The position numbers and the translations under genes are program-made. 64,000 bases of DNA from an uncultured Candidatus Binatia bacterium (GTDB lineage: Bacteria; Desulfobacterota; Binatia; UBA9968; CAXXLF01), in NCBI GenBank assembly GCA_965218425.1, contig OZ244621.1, positions 224,001 through 288,000 of the forward strand, read 5' to 3'. How positions within the stretch are numbered: position 1 is the stretch's first letter; each line of letters starts with the position of its first letter. Positions 1 through 9,234 of this stretch are shown here, one piece after another. The notes under the pieces were generated by a model. It had not been told where the DNA came from and did not search any database. It worked only from the letters and a program-made list of their open reading frames with translations.

Positions 1-391
1 GCTCAACGCCTTACGGCATCCAATAGTGAATCACCCGCGCTGGCGGCTATGCCGTCAACGATGCTAAGGAGTGCTCAACGCCTTACGTCATCCAATAGTG
101 AATCACGAGATAAACATCGTCACTCGAAACAAATACTTTCTGTGCTCAACGCCTTACGGCATCCAATAGTGAATCACCCCATACGAGGGAATCGTTATGG
201 AGGCACCTTCCCTGTGCTCAACGCCTTACGGCATCCAATAGTGAATCACATGGCGCTGCGGGCCATGCCGTACCCGTAGCCGAAGTGCTCAACGCCTTAC
301 GGCATCCAATAGTGAATCACCCACCGGTAGAGATGCTTATCGCTCGGGCTGTGCCGTGCTCAACGCCTTACGGCATCCAATAGTGAATCAC
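1..391 (-). CRISPR. CRISPR array, leader-proximal end: 6 repeats of 36 bp (first truncated by the window edge) and 5 spacers of 35-36 bp
   Basis: GTGCTCAACGCCTTACGGCATCCAATAGTGAATCAC at 1-34 (partial), 71-106 (one G>T variant), 142-177, 214-249, 285-320 and 356-391. On the minus strand it reads ...GATGCCGTAAGGCGTTGAGCAC, a hairpin plus TTGAGCAC handle typical of MYXAN/I-B repeats, co-oriented with the cas genes. Confidence 0.99.
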
Positions 392-660
392 CGGCCCGTG
401 GATAAATATTTGCGTTTGTTGGACTTTTCCATCCTCTATACAAGGACCCCTTTTCCACAATCGAGATTTGTCTCAAAATGTCCCCGCTTTCCTCCCTCTT
501 CCCATCCAACTGATGAATATTCCGCCATTTTCTCTTATTTCACGAACCCCTTTCTCCCTTAATTCCACTTTTTCATAAAAACACAAGCAGTTAGTCGTTT
601 TTCTTGAATCTTGGCTCCAAACACTCCTGGGTGCATGAATTCCGGATCTTCCCGAAAAAA
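392..660 (-). promoter_or_regulatory. CRISPR leader
   Basis: AT-rich non-coding gap between the cas2 stop and the nearest repeat. Related motifs at 439-450 and 539-550 (direct) and 629-639 (inverted), with an IHF-like site at about 577-594. Confidence 0.85.
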
Positions 661-954
661 TCACACCACACGAAAGCGCGGCTCATCCTCAACCCATTCG
701 GTGTTGGGATTGCGTACAATCAGCTTTGACCTGCACGAGGAACAAAGTCCCGCAATCATCAGGCTGTCTTCAGGCGCTATCTCCTTCTCCAGCTCCCAAC
801 GCATCCGCTCAAGCTGTCGCCTGGTCAGACGACAACGAAAGATCGAATATTGCAGGCTTTCCCCGTAGCCCTTGAGCAGCTTGAAGCAACGACGCCAACG
901 TTTGGGGTCACGAATGTCGTAACAAACCAGATACCAGATCCGTCCTTCCGCCAT
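661..954 (-). CDS. cas2: CRISPR-associated endonuclease Cas2
   Basis: 97 aa, WYLVCYDI...LQYSIFRC motif, located between cas1 and the array. Confidence 0.97.
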   Translation of the reverse strand: MAEGRIWYLVCYDIRDPKRWRRCFKLLKGYGESLQYSIFRCRLTRRQLERMRWELEKEIAPEDSLMIAGLCSSCRSKLIVRNPNTEWVEDEPRFRVV

Positions 955-964
955 GCACGACCTC

Positions 965-2611
965 TCAACGCAGACGCATACGAGCGAACAACCCAGGTTC
1001 TCCGGCCCATTCCTTCTCCAGCAAACGAGCCTCCAGTTCGATCAATCGCGCATACGACAACGAATATCCTGTCACAGGATGTTTCCATCGGTCTTCTTTT
1101 CGGCGTTCATAGACCTCAATGGCCTTTTTTCGACCGGAATCACTGAGCCAGACTTGCTTGCCCGCGTGTGTAAAGTCCTCTTCCACATCCCACTGAAGGC
1201 GATTGACCGAGGCAACCAACGGCATGTCCCATAGCGGGACTCGAAACAACTCCATCAAATCCAAAGCTAACGGGTGAGCGGCCGAACGCGGACGGTGAAA
1301 GAAGCCAAAAGCGGGTTCAAGTCCGACGGCTATTATCGCCTGCAAGACATCCCGGTACAGAAGTGCGTAGCCAAAGCTCAACAGCGCATTGATCCGATCC
1401 CGAGGCGGACGACGGTTTCTTCCGTTGAAACGCAATCGTTCATCCAAGTCGTCTCGCAGCAGTCCAGGGAAACCTGAGAAATAGTGACGTCCGGCATCCC
1501 CCTCGTGGCCGCGCAAGGAATCGATCCCTTCCGCATAACCGGCGGCACGAAGCGCGTTCCGAAGCCCTTGCACGGCGCCATCAATGCCCAACGACTTTCG
1601 ATCCTTGCCCCGCGACGCCCGCAGCAAGAACCCAAGCTGGCTGGAGGCTCGGGCAATCGCCAACCGTCGTCCCAAGCGAAATATCAAGCCGGGGTCTCGC
1701 AATGCCTCGAACTGACGGATGCGCCGCTGCACCGGACTTGCGCTAGACACAAGTCCGCTTACGTAGCGTCCTCCGCCCGTAAACCAATGCACCCCGACTT
1801 CCTGGGAAGCACACAGATGGATCGCTTGGGTGCTGATCTGCGCGTAGCCGTGGATAACAATCTCTCCAACCTCACGAACGGGAAATGCCTGTTTCTGCCC
1901 GGCTGTGTCCGTGACCGTCAGGGTTTCTCCGGACTTGCCAATCCATGCTCCATGCGTCGTGACGTGAACGGTCTGACGTTCACGATCTTGTGGAAAGAGT
2001 CGGACAGGTTCCCAGTCCTCATCTTTAGCCAGGCGTTCTTCCTCAGGCAGACAGACCGGGGCGAGGGAGCAGCGCAGACACAGCCGATCATTTTCAGCGA
2101 CCGGCGGGCGTTCAACGGTCCGGCTGAGCTCACGGGCACGAGCGACAGCCTTTAGAACATCTTCACGTGCTGTTTCGTCCACGGGGACACGGACAGTCGT
2201 ATTATTGGCGTGGTAGCGAATCCGCGCTTCTTCGATATGAGTCCCGGTGTGCTCCTCCAAAAGCAGCGTGTAGGCGCAGACCTGGAGACGGTCGCTCGGC
2301 CACGCCTGCGGCCCAGCGTCGCCTTTAGCCGAACGACCGCGCTTGTGTTCGTAGGGAATGAGCTGACCATCCCGGCGGCGCAGGCAATCAACCTTCCCGC
2401 GAATGCCGAGCGTCTCGCTCTCCAGGACCAGGCTGACAATTTCGCCTTCGTCAGCCGCCAGCTCTTCATGGAGACGGCGCCCTGCGTACACCGCCGCATC
2501 GGCGACGCGAATCTCTTCGACCTCTTCCAGGTAGAAAAGACGCTCGCAGTACGCCAAGGCGTGGAGAGCCATGACGCGGATGGTGGGTTCGGCGCTAGTA
2601 TTGGTTGGCAT
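965..2611 (-). CDS. cas1: MYXAN-type Cas4/Cas1 fusion
   Basis: N-terminal Cas4 (YCERLFY, GKVDC, EHK, QVCAY, CxxCSLxxxC) fused to Cas1 (LRGHEG, RRPPRDRINALLSFGY, ALDLMELFR). Confidence 0.97.
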   Translation of the reverse strand: MPTNTSAEPTIRVMALHALAYCERLFYLEEVEEIRVADAAVYAGRRLHEELAADEGEIVSLVLESETLGIRGKVDCLRRRDGQLIPYEHKRGRSAKGDAGPQAWPSDRLQVCAYTLLLEEHTGTHIEEARIRYHANNTTVRVPVDETAREDVLKAVARARELSRTVERPPVAENDRLCLRCSLAPVCLPEEERLAKDEDWEPVRLFPQDRERQTVHVTTHGAWIGKSGETLTVTDTAGQKQAFPVREVGEIVIHGYAQISTQAIHLCASQEVGVHWFTGGGRYVSGLVSSASPVQRRIRQFEALRDPGLIFRLGRRLAIARASSQLGFLLRASRGKDRKSLGIDGAVQGLRNALRAAGYAEGIDSLRGHEGDAGRHYFSGFPGLLRDDLDERLRFNGRNRRPPRDRINALLSFGYALLYRDVLQAIIAVGLEPAFGFFHRPRSAAHPLALDLMELFRVPLWDMPLVASVNRLQWDVEEDFTHAGKQVWLSDSGRKKAIEVYERRKEDRWKHPVTGYSLSYARLIELEARLLEKEWAGEPGLFARMRLR

Positions 2612-2681
2612 AGCTTATCCACTCTTGCACAAGAGAATGCCGTCCGCTTTTCCCGTGACACGGACCGGGGGAACGCCCATC

Positions 2682-2930
2682 ATGGAGCCCATGACCTCGC
2701 CCGCTTTCGACACGCTCAAGGCCGCCAAGGCTCTCTGGGCGGCCGGCTTCGATGACCCCCAAACCGAGGCCGTGATCGACACGGTGGACGGGAACGTTGC
2801 AACGAAGGCGGATCTTTAGACACTCGAATTGCGCATCACTCATAAATTCGGAGCCCTTTACAAACACCTCTGGGCTATGTCAGCCGGCATCGTCACTGCC
2901 GTTGTCGTGCTGATGAAGCTGCTCTCATAA
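2682..2930 (+). pseudogene. DUF1640/CCDC90-like small coiled-coil membrane protein with an in-frame TAG at 2817-2819
   Basis: MTSPAFDTLKAAKALWAAGFDDPQTEAV...VATKADL*TLELRITHKFGALYKHLWAMSAGIVTAVVVLMKLLS. The FDT..A..L..AGF...Q.EA and ATKADL motifs plus a C-terminal hydrophobic helix are recognisable. Confidence 0.75.
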
Positions 2931-3152
2931 CTTCACCCGCATTCCCATCCGATCTCAACGACAAAATGGCCAGATCCGTTTTGGACCAGATTCGCATGAT
3001 CCTTCGCCCGAAGAAGATCAGCGCCAAGACTTCGCGTAAAGTCTTGGCCGTGATGGGAGAAATGTTCGCGCCGTAGGGGAGGGGCGGGTTTTCTGAAGCG
3101 CTCCTGAATGGCAAGCTACATAGGGCTCTCGGGCGGAACGGAAGTCCAACCA

Positions 3153-3809
3153 TCACGTATCAATCTCAACAGGACACATGGAAGTCCACGCTTGATTAGG
3201 GGGAGGGTTCTTGATCTCTGATTCTTCAAGTTTGAATTGTCCCCATCGTGTTCCGCGCGAGCTTACATGATTTGGCCAAATAGGGAGGCTCAAGTCTCCA
3301 TGGTCGTCTGCCATAAGCACTGAACCATGCTCAGGGTCTTCATCTGCTCGCCAGAGTCGGATTTCGTTTACAAGATGGGTACTTTCACCGAGCGAAAGTC
3401 CACCAAAACGAGCAAGGCTCGTTGGAGTCTTGAACGCTGAATCAAGACGTTCGGCTAATGAAGGATTTGCCTGCTCTAATCTTCCATGTCGAAGCCAAAC
3501 AGAGAGACGGGTATTCGAGAGAATCTCCTGAAAGTCAGGACGTTTGTTTTTTCCTAATCCCGGTCCTATTTTGGCATCTTTAACCCGCCAGAGCGTTCGT
3601 AAGACAACGGAGAGTTGCGGTTGAGAGACTAACGCGAACGCGACCTCAACCCCTTGGTGGACAAGGCGATTTTGCTCTCCAACAAGGGAAAGGAGCATTC
3701 CATAGACAGTTGACGGTGGCGGACAGGGGTAGGTTTCCCAGTATTCTCGCGCCTGGGCGACTCGAAAGCCTGCAATTGGGATGGAAACGTAGATATGGAG
3801 CGCATCCAT
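3153..3809 (-). CDS. cas5: Cas5 (DevS-like)
   Basis: FRVAQAREYWETYPCPPPSTVYGMLLSLVG and GGLSLGESTHLVN motifs. Confidence 0.95.
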   Translation of the reverse strand: MDALHIYVSIPIAGFRVAQAREYWETYPCPPPSTVYGMLLSLVGEQNRLVHQGVEVAFALVSQPQLSVVLRTLWRVKDAKIGPGLGKNKRPDFQEILSNTRLSVWLRHGRLEQANPSLAERLDSAFKTPTSLARFGGLSLGESTHLVNEIRLWRADEDPEHGSVLMADDHGDLSLPIWPNHVSSRGTRWGQFKLEESEIKNPPPNQAWTSMCPVEIDT

Positions 3810-4762
3810 TATTTCACTCCAAGCTTGAGGTTTCCCCTGATACGCTCTTTTGTCTCCTCGGCTGCCGCCTTAACACCTCCACGAACACAAGCACCCTTGT
3901 CCTTAAGATACTTTCCATTGGGCAGGTCAGCGATCGCACCACCGATGATTAATTCTTCCGCGTTGATGTCTCCCACATCTACTCGCCGGATTACTTGCGG
4001 GATCGTGAGTTGATCATCTCCGTTGAGTTGAAATCCGTAGAGTAATCGCGGGGCAAAGTCATCGGTCCAGCGGAAAATCACTGAATCGGGGGAGAAGTCA
4101 TAGAGAAATCGACTCTGATTGCCTGCCACCTCAGAAAGAGAAACAATGGCATCGACTACATTAAGTGTCCGCGATTTTTCACGGAGCCACTCTGGCGTCA
4201 GGGCAAAGCCGTATTGGTAGCGAGTCGCATGGACTTCTGTTCCATAGAGGCTTGTTGAAGACTTCTCACCGCTTTTTGCATTGAAGGTGATGTCTCCTGC
4301 AAACGGTGTGAGCGAAAGTGCCCGTGTGACTTCAAGGGCTCCACGCCGTTTATCAATCCTCCCCTTTATCCGTTGTTTTTTCTTGCTCTTTACTCCTTCT
4401 GCTTCAGCTTCATTACTCTCAGATTTTCCTGCTTCGGCCAACATAAACCCCAAGACGTCATCGTCAATGTATGTTTCTTTATTCTTACCTTTCCCCTCCG
4501 GGTCACTCCAAGGGAGCCACGCAGGGTCTCGCCACGTATGATCATTTGCCTCCTCATCCCATTTCCTGTTCACACTTAGTCCTGAACATTGCCAGTGATA
4601 TCGAAAAGCCCAACGTATGGCTTCAGCAGAAACCGTCGTATGGACTTCTTTATTCCACAGGATTTTTTGAAGGGTTGTAATGTTCCCCTCATTATTTTCG
4701 CCACGGTTATTGGCGGCAGTCCCGTGAGATGTAACAACAATGCCGAATAGATGTTTACTCAT
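3809..4762 (-). CDS. cas7: Cas7 (DevR-like)
   Basis: AANNRGE, TTLQK, VSAEAIRWA, DDDVLGFM, EVHATRYQYGF and GNQSRFLYDFSP motifs. Confidence 0.95.
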   Translation of the reverse strand: MSKHLFGIVVTSHGTAANNRGENNEGNITTLQKILWNKEVHTTVSAEAIRWAFRYHWQCSGLSVNRKWDEEANDHTWRDPAWLPWSDPEGKGKNKETYIDDDVLGFMLAEAGKSESNEAEAEGVKSKKKQRIKGRIDKRRGALEVTRALSLTPFAGDITFNAKSGEKSSTSLYGTEVHATRYQYGFALTPEWLREKSRTLNVVDAIVSLSEVAGNQSRFLYDFSPDSVIFRWTDDFAPRLLYGFQLNGDDQLTIPQVIRRVDVGDINAEELIIGGAIADLPNGKYLKDKGACVRGGVKAAAEETKERIRGNLKLGVK

Positions 4763-4766
4763 ATAG

Positions 4767-5180
4767 TTATTTGTCTCCGTTTAGGTCCGAATTTTCTATA
4801 TGGGTTAGTCCTTCTTTTTCCTCTTTTGTCTCCGGCTTGTAACTTGCCAGAGCAAGGAGGGTAAGATCCTTTGCCTTCCTCCAATTCTTTTCTTCCAAAA
4901 GCGAAATGACATCTCTCCATCCAGCCTGGAGTGAGGGGAGAGATCCCCCGGAACGAGCCCAGAAATTAGTTACTGCTTCTCGAAGCGACGCGGCGTTTTT
5001 ACACCGAGAGACCGCTACTCGTAACCGTTCAAACTCACGATTCGCCAGATCGTGAAACGAGGCGTCTTCGCGCCGTGCTCTGTTCCCGAGTTGTCCAAGG
5101 CGACGACGCCAAGCTTCATGACATGCCAATACAAAAGTCCGTTCCGGACTGTCTGGAAAAACTTCTTTATCCTCAAGCAT
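4767..5180 (-). CDS. cas11: Putative Cas11 small subunit (137 aa) translated from an internal start in cas8
   Basis: Minus strand reads AGAAAGGAGG-actagcgact-ATG in frame at 5180, followed by an all-helical-looking C-terminal domain (MLEDKEVF...ACHEAWRR...LLALASY). Confidence 0.75.
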   Translation of the reverse strand: MLEDKEVFPDSPERTFVLACHEAWRRRLGQLGNRARREDASFHDLANREFERLRVAVSRCKNAASLREAVTNFWARSGGSLPSLQAGWRDVISLLEEKNWRKAKDLTLLALASYKPETKEEKEGLTHIENSDLNGDK

Positions 5181-6404
5181 AGTCGCTAGTCCTCCTTTCT
5201 CGCCAATGCGTATTCCGATTAACTTCTTCGTCCTTCTATCTCTGATATATCCAAAAACATGATCTCGGACTTCTTGGTCTGCTACGAAATCAGAAAATCC
5301 CTTCCACCAAGCTTGTCCCTGACTGAGATTGCGCGCAACCATATCGGGAATTTGAGGGATGTCCCAAGACGGATCGCTATTTATGTGCTTTACTAATTGC
5401 GGTTTAAAAAAATGTTGACAGAGCCTGAATGTCCGGAGAACAGACTTTGAGCCGGGGCGTACGGTGAATAGTTCGAGGCGAGTCTTTTGTTGAGACGACC
5501 AGGGAACAGTACCGAAAGAGATCGTTCTGCAGAACGCTGAATCAATATCTTCAAGTAAACCTGAAACATCGAGTTCCGTTAAGACCCGTAAGCCTGCATC
5601 TGCTGTCCCAGCCAGATAGAGTTGCTGAACCCCGTAGCGAAGGAAGCAGGCTCTGACTTGAGCATATTTCTCAAGATCAGACACTTCGGGAAGCACCAGT
5701 GTGTAATATTTACGTCGACCGGGGCGAGGAATCACAAAATATACAGCCCCAATAGGAGCAAACCAGAGAGCTAGTGCGCCTTCTGGCGATTCTTCCAATG
5801 CAGTGGAGCTTTGTCCGAGACCAACATGGCGAACCGCTCCTCCCGGTAAGTGCCATCCCGCTAGGTTATTTGAGCCGGTAGCAGAGAATTTTGCTACGTT
5901 TTGGTGAGCAAACCAGCTGATTCGGTGGAATCGAAGACGAAGAGGAACTTCATCGACATCGATTGATATTAGCCCTTGTGGATTTTGAGATGGGTCTGTT
6001 TTCCTTGTCTGACCATGCTGCAAAAACGATCCCAAGATAGCTTCCTGCAAAATTACCGCGTGTTGCGGATGATCCATCGGCTCTCCAAGGGCAGGAAACC
6101 AAAGAAGTCCATTGTTATCGAGTTTGAAAGATTCCTTGAATAACGCCTTAAAAAACGGATCTGAAGCACCATTCCAATTAAGCGTAACAGAGGTATCGTT
6201 TCGCTCCCATGACCCGCCTGTATTGTGCAAGCGATCCATTGCTTGCTGATCGCCTTCAAATGCCTCCAACGTCATCCATAATCCCGCGAGACCGACCTTG
6301 TGAAGAGCGGTCATGCCAGGCCCAAAAAGGTTAATAGTCAGTGAAGAACCGGTAGTCTCAGACTTTTTCTCTATGGCTCGCTTTTTACCCACCGAGCCCC
6401 CCAT
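4767..6404 (-). CDS. cas8: Large subunit Cas8 (MYXAN Cas8a1/Cmx8-like)
   Basis: PGMTALHKVGLAGLWMTL N-terminus, FLQH, GWHLPGGAVRH, FGTVPWSSQQKTR and LLALASY. Lies between cas3 and cas7. Confidence 0.9.
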   Translation of the reverse strand: MGGSVGKKRAIEKKSETTGSSLTINLFGPGMTALHKVGLAGLWMTLEAFEGDQQAMDRLHNTGGSWERNDTSVTLNWNGASDPFFKALFKESFKLDNNGLLWFPALGEPMDHPQHAVILQEAILGSFLQHGQTRKTDPSQNPQGLISIDVDEVPLRLRFHRISWFAHQNVAKFSATGSNNLAGWHLPGGAVRHVGLGQSSTALEESPEGALALWFAPIGAVYFVIPRPGRRKYYTLVLPEVSDLEKYAQVRACFLRYGVQQLYLAGTADAGLRVLTELDVSGLLEDIDSAFCRTISFGTVPWSSQQKTRLELFTVRPGSKSVLRTFRLCQHFFKPQLVKHINSDPSWDIPQIPDMVARNLSQGQAWWKGFSDFVADQEVRDHVFGYIRDRRTKKLIGIRIGEKGGLATMLEDKEVFPDSPERTFVLACHEAWRRRLGQLGNRARREDASFHDLANREFERLRVAVSRCKNAASLREAVTNFWARSGGSLPSLQAGWRDVISLLEEKNWRKAKDLTLLALASYKPETKEEKEGLTHIENSDLNGDK

Positions 6405-8647
6405 TCTTTGGAGTAATCTATCCGTCCAGTAGGTGTAAGAAAGACAGCCCCCAATCTCTTCCAGTCATGAATTTCCTTGGCGACAGGCCCGAATATCATC
6501 GGAATGGTATAGCGAGAGACCTCTTTCGAGATGGTGTTGCCTCTTTTATCCAGGCACATCTGCTCGTCTTCGGCTCTAATGACAGAAATTGTTACACCTG
6601 CTTCTCGTAATGGTGAGGGTTCACTGAAGGGGCCACCGTCAAGCCAGGCTGATTTGAGGCGAGAGGGGACGGCTCCTTGGGATAGCTGTTCAAAGGAAGA
6701 TGCTAAGGTCGCTTGAGAAAGAGATGTAGAGGTGAATGTTTGTATCCAGTTTCTAGCTATTGCTAAGTCTTCTTTTTCGTAGGGCAATGATTGACCCGAT
6801 TCCAGGAAAATCGCAGGTCGAGCAGGTGTAATATCTTCTGGAGTCACACGTCTATTCAGACGACCCAAACGTTGGATGAGAGCGGGAACAGGTGCGAGAT
6901 CGCTGAGGAGCAAGTCTGCAGAGAGATCAAGAGAGACTTCACACACCTGAGTTGTAATCGCCAAAACGGGAGCGGGAGGAACTTTTGCAAAAGCCGTAAC
7001 AACCTGGGAGTGTTTTTCTAAACGATCCAAATAACGGTAGCGGCTATGATAGAGGAGGATTGGCTCAATCCCTTTCCCTTGGGCTTCTCGTGCGAAAGAG
7101 GCCGCCCTATCAACTGTATTTGTAACCCATAGAATCTTGTCCCCTCTTGCGAGAGCCTGCTGAATAATGTCCCAGGGGGGATTTATTTTGAGACCTTCAA
7201 ATTTATAGCGTTCGATCTTTTCGAGGCTTATTGGTCCGGAGATGACTTTAAGTTCCTGTCCCTGCTGATTTAACAGTTGCTTGATGGCCGTCAATCTAAG
7301 CGTAGGAAGCGACGCCGTCATGAGTAAGATTGGTGCTCCTTGGAAGGCTTCGATAAATCGTAGTAGTGCGCCAAAGAGCCGGTTGTCATACTGATGTATT
7401 TCGTCAAAGACAAAAGCCCCATTGCTGATAGAAGGGAAAGAGAAAAGAGATTGTCTATTGTTTTGAATAAGCCCTAGTACGCGATCAGCCGTACAGATGA
7501 CTAGTGGTACATCCCAAGCTCTTAGTGCTTCGGCCCGGACTGTCCGTTCGAGAAGATCATCCTCGTGCGTGTCGAGGAGATCTTCTAAATCTACTTTGTT
7601 GCGGCTGTGCAGTAGTTCGGCGTCGGCTGAAATTTCACTTGGAACAATATAATCGCGATACCCCTCCGTAGCGGTACCTGTCGTCGGATAGCAAAAAAAG
7701 AGTTTTCTTCCCGGGGCTTGGCGTGCAGCCCAGAGATACGCGGCTGCCGTTTTGCCACTCCCACAGCCCGCTCTCACAAATGTGACCCTTCCTGCACTCC
7801 TTTGGACATACTTCTGAAAGGGCCGAGGAGGGTTAGAGCCAAGCCGTGTTGTCGCGATATCATGTAAATCGCGTTCCGAGCAGAAGCGCCCCAAAACTGC
7901 CTCAATCCACGCCTCAGGATCAATTCCCTGTTTAGGTAATGCAGAACCGGCTACATCCGCTGAGATAACAAGGGCTTTAACGAGTGAAACAAAACGCCTT
8001 GTTTCGGGGGTTGCCTTTTTATACCAATTTGATGCGTCTGGTAACCATTTGCGGAGTTCCCCCAGCGGCCTAGTAGCGAGATCGATTTCGATCAAAGGTA
8101 TGGAAGGGGGAGCAAATAGACAAAGGCGGCTGCCCGAAACTTCTAGACAGGTATTAAAATCGGGGTGACTTCCGAAGAATGTAACCTGCAGATCCTCACT
8201 CCTTCCACGGTCGGCGATCGTGGCACCATCCTCCGCCTTCAAGTGATGTCCTAATGCCCCGAAGAGTGCCGCATACCGCACTGGAGGTGATGCTCCGTTA
8301 AAAAGCCACTGGTGCAGCTCTGAACTTTTTAGCAATAGCCAAGTACTAATCCACTCATGGCGTAGAGCTTGCGGTGGCCAATTCCCTGGACGGACCATAC
8401 GTTGAAATTGATGATTCGCTTTTCCTAGATCGTGTATGAACGCTCCACGGGTTACTGCAGTAAAAAGCTCGTCACAACTAAAGACTTTATCCAGGGCAAA
8501 TGATTTCAGAGCTTGCGACCCGACCAACCGAACAAGGGCTTGCGTGGCTCCTACAACATCACTGAGATGTTGAGGAAGGCACTCTCGGGCTTGGGGGGAG
8601 TCCGGTGTTTTACTGTTCTTCGCAAGAAGTCTTTTAAACTCCATCAT
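6371..8647 (-). CDS. cas3: Cas3 HD nuclease-helicase
   Basis: HL..V, HDLGK, RHE, GHH and AD..GS HD motifs; AGCGSGKT, DEIH, MTAS, HSRY and QRLGRLNR helicase motifs. Confidence 0.97.
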   Translation of the reverse strand: MMEFKRLLAKNSKTPDSPQARECLPQHLSDVVGATQALVRLVGSQALKSFALDKVFSCDELFTAVTRGAFIHDLGKANHQFQRMVRPGNWPPQALRHEWISTWLLLKSSELHQWLFNGASPPVRYAALFGALGHHLKAEDGATIADRGRSEDLQVTFFGSHPDFNTCLEVSGSRLCLFAPPSIPLIEIDLATRPLGELRKWLPDASNWYKKATPETRRFVSLVKALVISADVAGSALPKQGIDPEAWIEAVLGRFCSERDLHDIATTRLGSNPPRPFQKYVQRSAGRVTFVRAGCGSGKTAAAYLWAARQAPGRKLFFCYPTTGTATEGYRDYIVPSEISADAELLHSRNKVDLEDLLDTHEDDLLERTVRAEALRAWDVPLVICTADRVLGLIQNNRQSLFSFPSISNGAFVFDEIHQYDNRLFGALLRFIEAFQGAPILLMTASLPTLRLTAIKQLLNQQGQELKVISGPISLEKIERYKFEGLKINPPWDIIQQALARGDKILWVTNTVDRAASFAREAQGKGIEPILLYHSRYRYLDRLEKHSQVVTAFAKVPPAPVLAITTQVCEVSLDLSADLLLSDLAPVPALIQRLGRLNRRVTPEDITPARPAIFLESGQSLPYEKEDLAIARNWIQTFTSTSLSQATLASSFEQLSQGAVPSRLKSAWLDGGPFSEPSPLREAGVTISVIRAEDEQMCLDKRGNTISKEVSRYTIPMIFGPVAKEIHDWKRLGAVFLTPTGRIDYSKEWGARWVKSEP

Positions 8648-9234
8648 TCTGCGGAACCTCTGCCACGCACAAACACTCCACAGCCCATCTTTCGTCGTCC
8701 ACCAAGACCCTGCTCTTGCACCCTGACAGAATCATCAGCAGTTAATCCGGTCACAACCACTTCAAATCCAACCACCTGCTTGTCTTTGACCCGGAAGGTG
8801 CGCCGCTGGCCCAAGGTGGCCTCGCACGTAACGTCGAGACTTTGCAACTGGCGCTGTACGGCTTCGAGAAAGTCCGCCTCTTCAAGAAATCCCTTGATCG
8901 TGACCAATCGAGCGCGGAGACGGGCGGCTGGCAGGAGCATACGGACTTCCGGTACTCCCACGCTGAGAGGGTGTTCGTCCACGTCTAATCTTTTCCCGGC
9001 CAGCTTTAGATAGGATCGGATCTCCTCATCTGGCAAACGGAGCACCAAACGGGACGAGTCGGACAATTGGAGTTCCCCGTTTCCGCTATACATGCCGCGA
9101 ATAGGCTGAACGCCAAGGGCTTTCGCCGCGTGTATCTCCGGAACAACCCGGCTCAGCGCCGCGTATAAAGCATAGCCATGGTCAACGGGAACGGTCGATC
9201 CGTTCAGGCGAAAAGCTAGATCAACATGCGGCAT
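8644..9234 (-). CDS. cas6: Cas6 (MYXAN/Cmx6-type) endoribonuclease
   Basis: VPVDHGYALYAALS and C-terminal GLGGRRKMGCGVF glycine-rich loop. Confidence 0.95.
   Translation of the reverse strand: MPHVDLAFRLNGSTVPVDHGYALYAALSRVVPEIHAAKALGVQPIRGMYSGNGELQLSDSSRLVLRLPDEEIRSYLKLAGKRLDVDEHPLSVGVPEVRMLLPAARLRARLVTIKGFLEEADFLEAVQRQLQSLDVTCEATLGQRRTFRVKDKQVVGFEVVVTGLTADDSVRVQEQGLGGRRKMGCGVFVRGRGSAE

Noticed and set aside
397..459. DnaA-box-like 9-mers in the leader (and one at 2615)
   Set aside because: They are sparse with no origin context, and compatible with chance in AT-rich DNA.
49..868. Plus-strand ORFs over the array, leader and cas2
   Set aside because: They are translations of repeats or antisense shadows.
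2951..2977. CTCAACG...GGC...ATCC resembling part of the repeat within the cas5-cas1 gap
   Set aside because: There is no stem and the match is too short to exceed chance.
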